From Octopus sinensis (lineage: Eukaryota): a stretch of DNA of 64,000 bases. Positions 1-13,310 of the stretch are shown one piece after another. The translations under genes and the position numbers were made by a program. Under the pieces are notes generated by a model. It was not told the DNA's origin and made no database searches. It saw only the letters and a list, made by a program, of their open reading frames with translations. Each line of letters opens with the position of its first letter. Within the stretch, counting starts at the first letter, position 1. The stretch lies in NCBI RefSeq assembly GCF_006345805.1, contig NC_042999.1:75206001-75270000 (forward strand), given 5' to 3'.

Positions 1-3000
1 ATAAAAGGGCTTAGTAAAATAAATTACTTTGCCGCATACTGAACTCATTAGAAATAGCAGCTAAAAAACTTTTTTAAGGCTATTTCTAATACTTAAAGAA
101 AATCTCTCTCATATATAGTGTTTGCATAATTTAACTCACAAAAGTTTGGGGGTAATGACATCGAAAAATCAAATGCTAAGGTTATTCGAGAACGTACGTT
201 TCAAGATTAGTCAAAACAACATTTCTATCATCGGCTCGGAAATTCCTTGGTTTGGATTTGGAAACACTGAAAATAAGAACATACCCTCTCGAAGATCTGC
301 TCCCAACTAACAGTGTCAACAAATTCAAAATAAGCAAGCGAAGAATCTCTGTTCTCCCCTTTCCACCAGCGTGGGTTAAAATCATCAAACTCTATGCTTA
401 TTTCGGTAAAGTCCGAAGCATTAATCAGAGGGAGATTAATTATAATTTCAACAATTGAGGGCAAAATTAATTAATTATTAATCAATTTCACCAAGTGTTC
501 AGTATGCAAAGGGACCATTCAAGGCGAATTCAAATTATTACATTATATAAAAGGGCTTAGTAAAATAAATTACTTTGCCGCATACTGAACTCATTAGAAA
601 TAGCAGCTAAAAAACTTTTTTAAGGCTATTTCTAATACTTAAAGAAAATCTCTCTCATATATAGTGTTTGCATAATTTAACTCACAAAAGTTTGGGGGTA
701 ATGACATCGAAAAATCAAATGCTAAGGTTATTCGAGAACGTACGTTTCAAGATTAGTCAAAACAACATTTCTATCATCGGCTCGGAAATTCCTTGGTTTG
801 GATTTGGAAACACTGAAAATAAGAACATACCCTCTCGAAGATCTGCTCCCAACTAACAGTGTCAACAAATTCAAAATAAGCAAGCGAAGAATCTCTGTTC
901 TCCCCTTTCCACCAGCGTGGGTTAAAATCATCAAACTCTATGCTTATTTCGGTAAAGTCCGAAGCATTAATCAGAGGGAGATTAATTATAATTTCAACAA
1001 TTGAGGGCAAAATTAATTAATTATTAATCAATTTCACCAAGTGTTCAGTATGCAAAGGGACCATTCAAGGCGAATTCAAATTATTACATTATATAAAAGG
1101 GCTTAGTAAAATAAATTACTTTGCCGCATACTGAACTCATTAGAAATAGCAGCTAAAAAACTTTTTTAAGGCTATTTCTAATACTTAAAGAAAATCTCTC
1201 TCATATATAGTGTTTGCATAATTTAACTCACAAAAGTTTGGGGGTAATGACATCGAAAAATCAAATGCTAAGGTTATTCGAGAACGTACGTTTCAAGATT
1301 AGTCAAAACAACATTTCTATCATCGGCTCGGAAATTCCTTGGTTTGGATTTGGAAACACTGAAAATAAGAACATACCCTCTCGAAGATCTGCTCCCAACT
1401 AACAGTGTCAACAAATTCAAAATAAGCAAGCGAAGAATCTCTGTTCTCCCCTTTCCACCAGCGTGGGTTAAAATCATCAAACTCTATGCTTATTTCGGTA
1501 AAGTCCGAAGCATTAATCAGAGGGAGATTAATTATAATTTCAACAATTGAGGGCAAAATTAATTAATTATTAATCAATTTCACCAAGTGTTCAGTATGCA
1601 AAGGGACCATTCAAGGCGAATTCAAATTATTACATTATATAAAAGGGCTTAGTAAAATAAATTACTTTGCCGCATACTGAACTCATTAGAAATAGCAGCT
1701 AAAAAACTTTTTTAAGGCTATTTCTAATACTTAAAGAAAATCTCTCTCATATATAGTGTTTGCATAATTTAACTCACAAAAGTTTGGGGGTAATGACATC
1801 GAAAAATCAAATGCTAAGGTTATTCGAGAACGTACGTTTCAAGATTAGTCAAAACAACATTTCTATCATCGGCTCGGAAATTCCTTGGTTTGGATTTGGA
1901 AACACTGAAAATAAGAACATACCCTCTCGAAGATCTGCTCCCAACTAACAGTGTCAACAAATTCAAAATAAGCAAGCGAAGAATCTCTGTTCTCCCCTTC
2001 CCACCAGCGTGGGTTAAAATCATCAAACTCTATGCTTATTTCGGTAAAGTCCGAAGCATTAATCAGAGGGAGATTAATTATAATTTCAACAATTGAGGGC
2101 AAAATTAATTAATTATTAATCAATTTCACCAAGTGTTCAGTATGCAAAGGGACCATTCAAGGCGAATTCAAATTATTACATTATATAAAAGGGCTTAGTA
2201 AAATAAATTACTTTGCCGCATACTGAACTCATTAGAAATAGCAGCTAAAAAACTTTTTTAAGGCTATTTCTAATACTTAAAGAAAATCTCTCTCATATAT
2301 AGTGTTTGCATAATTTAACTCACAAAAGTTTGGGGGTAATGACATCGAAAAATCAAATGCTAAGGTTATTCGAGAACGTACGTTTCAAGATTAGTCAAAA
2401 CAACATTTCTATCATCGGCTCGGAAATTCCTTGGTTTGGATTTGGAAACACTGAAAATAAGAACATACCCTCTCGAAGATCTGCTCCCAACTAACAGTGT
2501 CAACAAATTCAAAATAAGCAAGCGAAGAATCTCTGTTCTCCCCTTTCCACCAGCGTGGGTTAAAATCATCAAACTCTATGCTTATTTCGGTAAAGTCCGA
2601 AGCATTAATCAGAGGGAGATTAATTATAATTTCAACAATTGAGGGCAAAATTAATTAATTATTAATCAATTTCACCAAGTGTTCAGTATGCAAAGGGACC
2701 ATTCAAGGCGAATTCAAATTATTACATTATATAAAAGGGCTTAGTAAAATAAATTACTTTGCCGATCTTCGAGATCTTACTTTGCAGATCTTCGAGAGGG
2801 TATGTTCTTATTTTCAGTGTTTCCAAATCCAAACCAAGGAATTTCCGAGCCGATGATAGAAATGTTGTTTTGACTAATCTTGAAACGTACGTTCTCGAAT
2901 AACCTTAGCATTTGATTTTTCGATGTCATTACCCCCAAACTTTTGTGAGTTAAATTATGCAAACACTATATATGAGAGAGATTTTCTTTAAGTATTAGAA

Positions 3001-3634
3001 ATAGCCTTAAAAAAGTTTTTTAGCTGCTATTTCTAATGAGTTCAGTATGCGGCAAAGTAATTTATTTTACTAAGCCCTTTTATATAATGTAATAATTTGA
3101 ATTCGCCTTGAATGGTCCCTTTGCATACTGAACACTTGGTGAAATTGATTAATAATTAATTAATTTTGCCCTCAATTGTTGAAATTATAATTAATCTCCC
3201 TCTGATTAATGCTTCGGACTTTACCGAAATAAGCATAGAGTTTGATGATTTTAACCCACGCTGGTGGAAAGGGGAGAACAGAGATTCTTCGCTTGCTTAT
3301 TTTGAATTTGTTGACACTGTTAGTTGGGAGCAGATCTTCGAGAGGGTATGTTCTTATTTTCAGTGTTTCCAAATCCAAACCAAGGAATTTCCGAGCCGAT
3401 GATAGAAATGTTGTTTTGACTAATCTTGAAACGTACGTTCTCGAATAACCTTAGCATTTGATTTTTCGATGTCATTACCCCCAAACTTTTGTGAGTTAAA
3501 TTATGCAAACACTATATATGAGAGAGATTTTCTTTAAGTATTAGAAATAGCCTTAAAAAAGTTTTTTAGCTGCTATTTCTAATGAGTTCAGTATGCGGCA
3601 AAGTAATTTATTTTACTAAGCCCTTTTATATAAT
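1..3634. repeat. 546-bp tandem array (family 1) with terminal inverted segment; retrozyme-like, truncated by window start
   Basis: Unit starts recur at 1, 547, 1093, 1639, 2185, 2731, and the ORF track repeats with period 546. Forward copies end at 2764; 2784-3634 is ~1.5 units in reverse orientation; (TA)n follows. Confidence 0.97.
187..238 (-). ncRNA. Type I hammerhead ribozyme-like motif, variant core (one per 546-bp unit; + strand copies 2846-2897 and 3392-3443)
   Basis: Reads CGAG-CCGAUGA-U AGA..UCU U-GAAA-CGUACG-UU-CUCG: stem I 4 bp, U4C core, short stem II, palindromic stem III (AACGTACGTT). Confidence 0.62.
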
Positions 3635-3649
3635 TATATATATATATAT

Positions 3650-3705
<56 letters not shown>

Positions 3706-3728
3706 TACTACTACTACTACTACTTATA

Positions 3729-4650
3729 TAGGATGAAGTTTTTTTACTGAAAAATATTCCATCAAAAAAGGTCAAAATTTTAAGGTTAAAATTATAAATA
3801 AGGACTAAAGAAAATAATTTCTCTGACAACATGCTGATAACAGACTTTTAAATCGCCAGTTTCCACACATTATTTACTCGCTACAGAAAACACGTAGAGC
3901 TCAAAGCTAGGAAAGCCAACCAATAGAATTTTTGAAAAAAGTTCGTTATTTCTATATTGAATCAATTTCGGAATTAATCTCATAATAGATTTTTTTTCCT
4001 CTTCTATAGAAAATACGAAAAGACATAAATAAGATACTTAAATGCGCCCATAGAAAAAAGCCGAAACAAAAATCATGAGTACATATAAGTAGCCCAGATA
4101 TATCTAAAAATAAAATCCTTCGGTCAGCCTCAGCACACGTGTGAACTGTTCTCCACTACAGCTTATAGTGGTTACCAGTCCCTATAGCGAATAGTAATAA
4201 ATTTACTACTAATATAGGATGAATTGTTTTTACAGAAAAAAATTCCATCAAAAAATGTGGCAGCACATTAAAATACATTTAAGGTTAAAATTATAAACAA
4301 CTTATAAATAAGGGCCAAAAAAAATTATTTCTATGCCAATATGCTGATAGCAGACTTTTAAATCGTCAATTTCCACATATTATTTACTCGCTACAAAAAA
4401 CACGTAGAGCTCAAAGCGAGGAAAGCCAGCCAATAGAATTTTTTTTAAAAGTTCGTTATTTCTATATTGAAACTATTTCGGAATTAATCTCAAAATAGAT
4501 TTTTTCCTCTTCAGTAGAAAATACGAAAAGACATAAATAAGATACTTACATCAGCTCTACGTGTTTTCTGTAGCGAGTAAATAATATGTGGAAATTGACG
4601 ATTTAAAAGTCTGTTATCAGCATATTGGCATAGAAATAATTTTCTTTAGC

Positions 4651-4656
<6 letters not shown>
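3729..4656 (-). mobile_element. ~500-bp tandem element (family 3, ~1.7 units plus inverted end) with hammerhead motifs at 3949-4012 and 4459-4520
   Basis: Two diverged direct units followed by an inverted segment ~4552-4656 that abuts (TA)n. Further copies at 12133-13065 (+) and 18817-19750 (-). Confidence 0.8.
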
Positions 4657-4713
<57 letters not shown>

Positions 4714-4714
<1 letters not shown>

Positions 4715-5480
4715 GAGGGGCATTCAATAAGTAATGCCCCTGACCCACTTCCCATAGCAGTAGAGCAACGACACTTGCACAGTTATTAGTCTTCTTTTAC
4801 ATAGGAACCACCCAGAGTTACGCATTTCTCCCATCGTTTGATGCAGCTATAGAGACCGATTTTGTAGAAGACCCCAGGTTGGTCCTCCAACCACGACCTG
4901 AATTCAGAAATCAAGGCTGCATCATCTGGGAAACGCTTTCCATTCAAAAACAACTTCATGGGTGGGAAGAGGTGAAAATCCAAGGGTGCAAGGTCAGGAG
5001 AGAAGGGGGTTCGGGGAGGAGTTCATAGCCGCACGCCTGTGCTTCTGATCTGGCGACCATCGAGTTGTGGACCGGAGCGTTGTCCTGCAGGAGGAGGATG
5101 CCTTTGCTGATCTTGCCCCGCCTCTTGATTTTGATAGCTTCTCTTAATTTCCTCAAAAGTGAAGCATAATAGGCTCCTGTAATTGTGGTACCCTTGCCAA
5201 GAAATCTGTCATCACTACTCCGTCATATGGTGGGGCATCATTACCATAAGTTACTTTCATTTCATCAAAAGTCTCCCGTGGTGTGCGTCCTTTCAAATAT
5301 AAAACCCGGATCACTGCTCGTCACTCAACAGGCTCCATTTCACACTTGACTCAGTTGAAACACCTGTAAATCAGAAACCACAATTAGTTTAGAGCTGTAA
5401 TTTGCCACGTAATCTATAGAGATATAAATAATTGCACATGCAAAATTGGGTCAGGGGCATTACTTACTCAACGTCCCTCG
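4714..5480 (-). mobile_element. Internally deleted mariner element (copy 1)
   Basis: TIRs CGAGGGGCATTCAATAAGTAATGCCCCTGACCC / GGGTCAGGGGCATTACTTACTCAACGTCCCTCG in a TA context; transposase fragments (LLQDNAPVH); ~0.5-kb deletion relative to 23880-25165. Confidence 0.92.
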
Positions 5481-5602
5481 TATATATATATACATATATA
5501 TATATATAATGTGTGTATATATCTATATTTATATATATATATATATATACGGGTGTGTGTGTTTGTATTTATAATCTGTATACATAAGTATATATAATGC
5601 GC

Positions 5603-5690
<88 letters not shown>

Positions 5691-5989
5691 AATGCGTATA
5701 TGTATATATATAAAATACAACCTGGGACAAGAACGCAAAACATTTAGAAGACGATACAAAAAAATACGGTCGGGTCATTCGAATCCTTCAATTTTCAGTC
5801 AAGAACCGGCTCATCCTCGCAATTTCGGCTGATTAATCTTGAGATTGCTCCAATTTGGCCAGCCCCAAGGAAAAACTAAGCTAAGCGCATTAGATTCCTT
5901 GGAAAAATGCTTCGAATGTATACGAAACAAGGACGGAAAAACGATGTTACACGAATATAAATACAAAAATAATACGAAACAACAACAAC

Positions 5990-6021
<32 letters not shown>

Positions 6022-6397
6022 CAAGAGGACCTCACAACAGGCGTCTTTCGACTTAGACGAATTAAACTCAGCTGGCGTGTTAGGAATGTGCCTTGGGGCA
6101 GACAAAAAAAATGTTGATGTTACTACGACCGCTATCAGACGAAAAAGGCCAGTAGTCGGTCAGTCAGTCACGTGTGAAGGGAAGAGAGAGGAAAAGAGGG
6201 ACAGAGGAATTAAGGAGTAGGAGAAGAGAGAGAGAGCGAAAAAAAGACAAGGACAAAGTGAAGTGCAAAGTAAGAAAGGCAAAGGATTTGTTGGAGAGGG
6301 GGGGGAGAGACGCTGTTGTAGAGTCGTACCAAGTTTAGAGAAATGTGTACTTACATATAAGAGAAAGGGTACGTTATTAAGTAGTTGTCCTTAATTG

Positions 6398-6450
<53 letters not shown>

Positions 6451-6992
6451 CATATACATGTATGTATACTAGTATTATAACCCAATTCCATTCGGGTCTA
6501 CTCGGGCCACGTTTTAAAAAATGAGGAATTTAGCCCTAGATGTCACGCCTTTCAATTGAGCAAACTCAAAGTTGCCATGCAAACTCTCCAGCACTTGTAT
6601 GCAAATTTTCAGACCACATTTACTAACACTTTTGCCCGCACAACTGCTGCGCTTTTCACAAATATATAGTAGACTTACAAAGATACCCGGCGTTGTTTGA
6701 GATTAAAATGGCATAGTTCTTTATTGTTTTACTTGTTTTGGTATTATAACCCAATTTCATTCGGGTCTATTCGGGCCACATTTTAAAAGAAGAGGAAATT
6801 TTCCCCAGAGGCCACGCCTTTCAATTGAGCAAACTCAAAGTTGCCATGCAAACTCCCTAGCACTTTTAACATAGGTGTGCAAATCTTCAGCACAATCCGA
6901 CCACATATGCACCTGCCCCAATGCACATTCCTAACACGCCAGCTGAGTTTAATTCGTCTAAGTCGAAAGACGCCTGTTGTGAGGTCCTGTTA

Positions 6993-7039
<47 letters not shown>

Positions 7040-7313
7040 GTTATTATTATTTTTATTTTTATTGTTTTTTCGTATTATTTTTGTATTTATATTCGTGTAA
7101 CATCATTTTCCCGTCCTTTTTCGTATACATTCGAAGCTTTTCCAAGGAATCTAATGCGTTTAGCTTAGTTTTTCCTTGGGGCTGGCCAGATTGGAACAAT
7201 CTCAAGATTAATCAGCCGAAATTGCGAGGATGATCCGGTTCTTGACTGAAGATTGAAGGCTTCGTCCCTGTTTTTGTATCGTCTTCTAAATGTTTTGCGT
7301 TTTTGTCACAGTT

Positions 7314-7379
<66 letters not shown>

Positions 7380-7597
7380 TCAATATAGGGTGGCAAAAAA
7401 TTTTGTAGAATTTTTTTGCCACCAGCGGCCTAGTGGGAAAAAATTAAATAGTCATAGACCATTTTCAAGTTCAACATCACAATCAAGGAACGGCCATAAT
7501 AGGCCATTCACCCACTAGAAATAACAGCCAAAGCTTCAACCGCAAAATAACATCAATTCCGTAAACCAGGAGAAAATTAAAAAACATTTACCCTGTA

Positions 7598-7704
7598 ATT
7601 TCTTATACGATTCACCGTTTCATCTACTGTTTAATGGTAAACTAACCTGATTAAATTAAATCAAGCCAATCTTCCATAGGCCCTTAGAATCATCAGTAAG
7701 AAAT
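7598..7704 (-). ncRNA. Type I hammerhead ribozyme motif with extended stem II (also 8085-8191, 8572-8678, 9059-9165, 9546-9652)
   Basis: Minus strand: AUUUCUUA-CUGAUGA-U UCUA...UAGA U-GAAA-CGGU(GA/GC)AUCG-UA-UAAGAAAU. 8-bp stem I, intact core, GUA cleavage triplet. Confidence 0.8.
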
Positions 7705-10095
7705 AGCCAAGTCGGAACAGATATTTTCACGAGGCATTTTCGTCCCTGCCTCGGCAATATCTGACCTAAAATTTTCAAATCATCGCACTCGCGCCAAATT
7801 TATCGGCAGCAAATAAATATACGCCGCCGATTCCATTACGGAATTAACCAGAAAATTCATAATTAATCAATATAGGGTGGCAAAAAATTTTGTAGAATTT
7901 TTTTGCCACCAGCGGCCTAGTGGGAAAAAATTAAATAGTCATAGACCATTTTCAAGTTCAACATCACAATCAAGGAACGGCCATAATAGGCCATTCACCC
8001 ACTAGAAATAACAGCCAAAGCTTCAACCGCAAAATAACATCAATTCCGTAAACCAGGAGAAAATTAAAAAACATTTACCCTGTAATTTCTTATACGATGC
8101 ACCGTTTCATCTACTGTTTAATGGTAAACTAACCTGATTAAATTAAATCAAGCCAATCTTCCATAGGCCCTTAGAATCATCAGTAAGATATAGCCAAGTC
8201 GGAACAGATATTTTCACGAGGCATTTCCGTCCCTGCCTCGGCAATATCTGACCTAAAATTTTCAAATCATCGCACTCGCGCCAAATTTATCGGCAGCAAA
8301 TAAATATACACCGCCGATTCCATTACGGAATTAACCAGAAAATTCATAATTAATCAATATAGGGTGGCAAAAAATTTTGTAGAATTTTTTTGCCACCAGC
8401 GGCCTAGTGGGAAAAAATTAAATAGTCATAGACCATTTTCAAGTTCAACATCACAATCAAGGAACGGCCATAATAGGCCATTCACCCACTAGAAATAACA
8501 GCCAAAGCTTCAACCGCAAAATAACATCAATTCCGTAAACCAGGAGAAAATTAAAAAACATTTACCCTGTAATTTCTTATACGATTCACCGTTTCATCTA
8601 CTGTTTAATGGTAAACTAACCTGATTAAATTAAATCAAGCCAATCTTCCATAGGCCCTTAGAATCATCAGTAAGAAATAGCCAAGTCGGAACAGATATTT
8701 TCACGAGGCATTTTCGTCCCTGCCTCGGCAATATCTGACCTAAAATTTTCAAATCATCGCACTCGCGCCAAATTTATCGGCAGCAAATAAATATACGCCG
8801 CCGATTCCATTACGGAATTAACCAGAAAATTCATAATTAATCAATATAGGGTGGCAAAAAATTTTGTAGAATTTTTTTGCCACCAGCGGCCTAGTGGGAA
8901 AAAATTAAATAGTCATAGACCATTTTCAAGTTCAACATCACAATCAAGGAACGGCCATAATAGGCCATTCACCCACTAGAAATAACAGCCAAAGCTTCAA
9001 CCGCAAAATAACATCAATTCCGTAAACCAGGAGAAAATTAAAAAACATTTACCCTGTAATTTCTTATACGATGCACCGTTTCATCTACTGTTTAATGGTA
9101 AACTAACCTGATTAAATTAAATCAAGCCAATCTTCCATAGGCCCTTAGAATTATCAGTAAGAAATAGCCAAGTCGGAACAGATATTTTCACGAGGCATTT
9201 TCGTCCCTGCCTCGGCAATATCTGACCTAAAATTTTCAAATCATCGCACTCGCGCCAAATTTATCGGCAGCAAATAAATATACGCCGCCGATTCCATTAC
9301 GGAATTAACCAGAAAATTCATAATTAATCAATATAGGGTGGCAAAAAATTTTGTAGAATTTTTTTGCCACCAGCGGCCTAGTGGGAAAAAATTAAATAGT
9401 CATAGACCATTTTCAAGTTCAACATCACAATCAAGGAACGGCCATAATAGGCCATTCACCCACTAGAAATAACAGCCAAAGCTTCAACCGCAAAATAACA
9501 TCAATTCCGTAAACCAGGAGAAAATTAAAAAACATTTACCCTGTAATTTCTTATACGATGCACCGTTTCATCTACTGTTTAATGGTAAATTAACCTGATT
9601 AAATTAAATCAAGCCAATCTTCCATAGGCCCTTAGAATCATCAGTAAGAAATAGCCAAGTCGGAACAGATATTTTCACGAGGCATTTTCGTCCCTGCCTC
9701 GGCAATATCTGACCTAAAATTTTCAAATCATCGCACTCGCGCCAAATTTATCGGCAGCAAATAAATATACGCCGCCGATTCCATTACGGAATTAACCAGA
9801 AAATTCATAATTAATCAATATAGGGTGGCAAAAAATTTTGTAGAATTTTTTTGCAACCAGCGGACTAGTGGGAAAAAATTAAATAGTCATAGACAATTTT
9901 CAAGTTCAACATCACAATCAAGGAACGGCCATAATAGGCAATTCACCCACTAGAAATAACAGCGAAAGCTTCAACCGCAAAATTTATTTGCTGCCGATAA
10001 ATTTGGCGCGAGTGCGATGATTTGAAAATTTTAGGTCAGATATTGCCGAGGCAGGGACGGAAATGCCTCGTGAAAATATCTGTTCCGACTTGGCT

Positions 10096-10202
10096 ATTTC
10101 TTACTGATGATTCTAAGGGCCTATGGAAGATTGGTTTGATTTAATTTAATCAGGTTAATTTACCATTAAACAGTAGATGAAACGGTGCATCGTATAAGAA
10201 AT
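10096..10202 (+). ncRNA. Type I hammerhead ribozyme motif in the inverted end of the 487-bp array
   Basis: atttctta CTGATGA ttcta...tagat GAAA cggtgcatcg TA taagaaat, read directly on the + strand. Confidence 0.8.
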
Positions 10203-10319
10203 TACAGGGTAAATGTTTTTTAATTTTCTCCTGGTTTACGGAATTGATGTTATTTTGCGGTTGAAGCTTTGGCTGTTATTTCTAGTGGGTGTATGGCCTA
10301 TTATGGCCGTTCCTTGATT

Positions 10320-10428
<109 letters not shown>

Positions 10429-10781
10429 CGGCGTACGTACCCTTTCTCTTATATGTAAGTACACATTTCTCTAAACTTGGTACGACTCTACAACAGTGTC
10501 TCTCCCCCTCTCCAACAAATCCTTTGCCTTTCTTACTTTGCACTTCACTTTGTCCTTGTCTTTTTTTCGCTCTCTCTCTCTTCTCCTACTCCTTAATTCC
10601 TCTGTCCCTCTTTTCCTCTCTCTTCCCTTCACACGTGACTGACTGACCGACTACTGGCCTTTTTCGTCTGATAGCGGTCGTAGTAACATCAACATTTTTT
10701 TTGTCTGCCCCAAGACACATTCCTAACACGCCAGCTGAGTTTAATTCGTCTAAGTCGAAAGACGCCTGTTGTGAGGTCCTC

Positions 10782-10819
<38 letters not shown>

Positions 10820-11117
10820 GTTGTTGTTGTTTCGTATTATTTTTGTATTTATATTCGTGTAACATCGTTTTTCCGTCCTTGTTTCGTATACATGCGAAGC
10901 ATTTTTCCAAGGAATCTAATGCGCTTAGCTTAGTTTTTCCTTGGGGCTGGCCAAATTGGAGCAATCTCAAGATGAATCAGCCGAAATTGCGAGGATGATC
11001 CGGTTCTTGACTGAAAATGGAAGGATTCGAATGACCCGTCCGTATTTTTTGTATCGTCTTCTAAATGTTTTGCGTTCTTGTCCCAGTTTGTATTTTATAT
11101 ATATACATATACGCATT

Positions 11118-11211
<94 letters not shown>

Positions 11212-11329
11212 GCGCATTATATATACTTATGTATACAGATTATAAATACAAACACACACACCCGTATATATATATATATAAATATAGATATATACACACA
11301 TTATATATATATATATGTATATATATATA

Positions 11330-12096
11330 CGAGGGACGTTGAGTAAGTAATGCCCCTGACCCAATTTTGCATGTGCAATTATTTATATCTCTATAGATTA
11401 CGTGGCAAATTACAGCTCTAAACTAATTGTGGTTTCTGATTTACAGGTGTTTCAACTGAGTCAAGTGTGAAATGGAGCCTGTTGAGTGACGAGCAGTGAT
11501 CCGGGTTTTATATTTGAAAGGACGCACACCACGGGAGACTTTTGATGAAATGAAAGTAACTTATGGTAATGATGCCCCACCATATGACGGAGTAGTGATG
11601 ACAGATTTCTTGGCAAAGGGTACCACAATTACAGGAGCCTATTATGCTTCACTTTTGAGGAAATTAAGAGAAGCTATCAAAATCAAGAGGCGGGGCAAGA
11701 TCAGCAAAGGCATCCTCCTCCTGCAGGACAACGCTCCGGTCCACAACTCGATGGTCGCCAGATCAGAAGCACAGGCGTGCGGCTATGAACTCCTCCCCGA
11801 ACCCCCTTCTCTCCTGACCTTGCACCCTTGGATTTTCACCTCTTCCCACCCATGAAGTTGTTTTTGAATGGAAAGCGTTTCCCAGATGATGCAGCCTTGA
11901 TTTCTGAATTCAGGTCGTGGTTGGAGGACCAACCTGGGGTCTTCTACAAAATCGGTCTCTATAGCTGCATCAAACGATGGGAGAAATGCGTAACTCTGGG
12001 TGGTTCCTATGTAAAAGAAGACTAATAACTGTGCAAGTGTCGTTGCTCTACTGCTATGGGAAGTGGGTCAGGGGCATTACTTATTGAATGCCCCTC

Positions 12097-12097
<1 letters not shown>
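11330..12097 (+). mobile_element. Internally deleted mariner element (copy 2)
   Basis: Same TIRs and deletion as 4714-5480; ORFs 11496-11855 and 11828-12025 are transposase fragments. Confidence 0.92.
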
Positions 12098-12138
<41 letters not shown>

Positions 12139-12270
12139 GGGTTAAAGAAAATTATTTCTAGGCCAATATGCTGATAACAGACTTTTAAATCGTCAATTTC
12201 CACATATTATTTACTCGCTACAGAAAACACGTAGAGCTGATGTAAGTATCTTATTTATGTCTTTTCGTAT

Positions 12271-12332
12271 TTTCTACTGAAGAGGAAAAAATCTATTTTG
12301 AGATTACTTCCGAAATAGTTTCAATATAGAAA
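12271..12332 (+). ncRNA. Type I hammerhead ribozyme motif of family 3 (second, core-mutated copy at 12780-12842)
   Basis: tttcta CTGAAGA ggaa..ttcc GAAA tagtttcaa TA tagaaa; the sister copy has stem III ttga-t-tcaa intact but CTGAAGA>TAGAAGA. Confidence 0.78.
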
Positions 12333-13094
12333 TAACGAACTTTTAAAAAAAATTCTATTGGCTGGCTTTCCTCGCTTTGAGCTCTACGTGTTTTTTGTAG
12401 CGAGTAAATAATATGTGGAAATTGACGATTTAAAAGTCTGCTATCAGCATATTGGCATAGAAATAATTTTTTTTTGGCCCTTATTTATAAGTTGTTTATA
12501 ATTTTAACCTTAAATGTATTTTAATGTGCTGCCACATTTTTTGATGGAATTTTTTTCTGTAAAAACAATTCATCCTATATTAGTAGTAAATTTATTACTA
12601 TTCGCTATAGGGACTGGTAACCACTATAAGCTGTAGTGGAGAACAGTTCACACGTGTGCTGAGGCTGACCGAAGGATTTTATTTTTAGATATATCTGGGC
12701 TACTTATATGTACTCATGATTTTTGTTTCGGCTTTTTTCTATGGGCGCATTTAAGTATCTTATTTATGTCTTTTCGTATTTTCTATAGAAGAGGAAAAAA
12801 ATCTATTATGAGATTAATTCCGAAATTGATTCAATATAGAAATAACGAACTTTTTTCAAAAATTCTATTGGTTGGCTTTCCTAGCTTTGAGCTCTACGTG
12901 TTTTCTGTAGCGAGTAAATAATGTGTGGAAATTGGCGATTTAAAAGTCTGTTATCAGCATGTTGTCAGAGAAATTATTTTCTTTAGTCCTTATTTATAAT
13001 TTTAACCTTAACATTTTGACCTTTTTTGATGGAATATTTTTCAGTAAAAAAACTTCATCCTATATAAGTAGTAGTAGTAGTAGTTATATATATA

Positions 13095-13179
<85 letters not shown>

Positions 13180-13265
13180 TGTATGTATATATATGTATTA
13201 CTCTCTTTTTTACTCTTTTTACTTGTTTCAGTCATTTGACTGCGGCCATGCTGGAGCACCGCCTT

Positions 13266-13310
<45 letters not shown>

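Larger units (their letters stand above)
3703..6374 (-). repeat. Third copy of a ~2.7-kb segmental duplication block (inverted relative to 10427-13085, direct relative to 18793-21552)
   Basis: Near-identical sequence and ORF set (MDFHLFPP, MRSSC, MLSEKLF) in three places. Confidence 0.93.

Noticed and set aside
122-3508. Repeated 62-78 aa ORFs in the 546-bp array as genes
   Set aside because: Overlapping on both strands, mostly non-ATG starts, no recognisable domain; a by-product of the tandem repeat.
6570-6853. GTTGCCATGCAAAC X-box-like motifs at 6570 and 6840
   Set aside because: They lie in ~270-bp subrepeats of a probable Helitron-derived repeat with no other promoter evidence.
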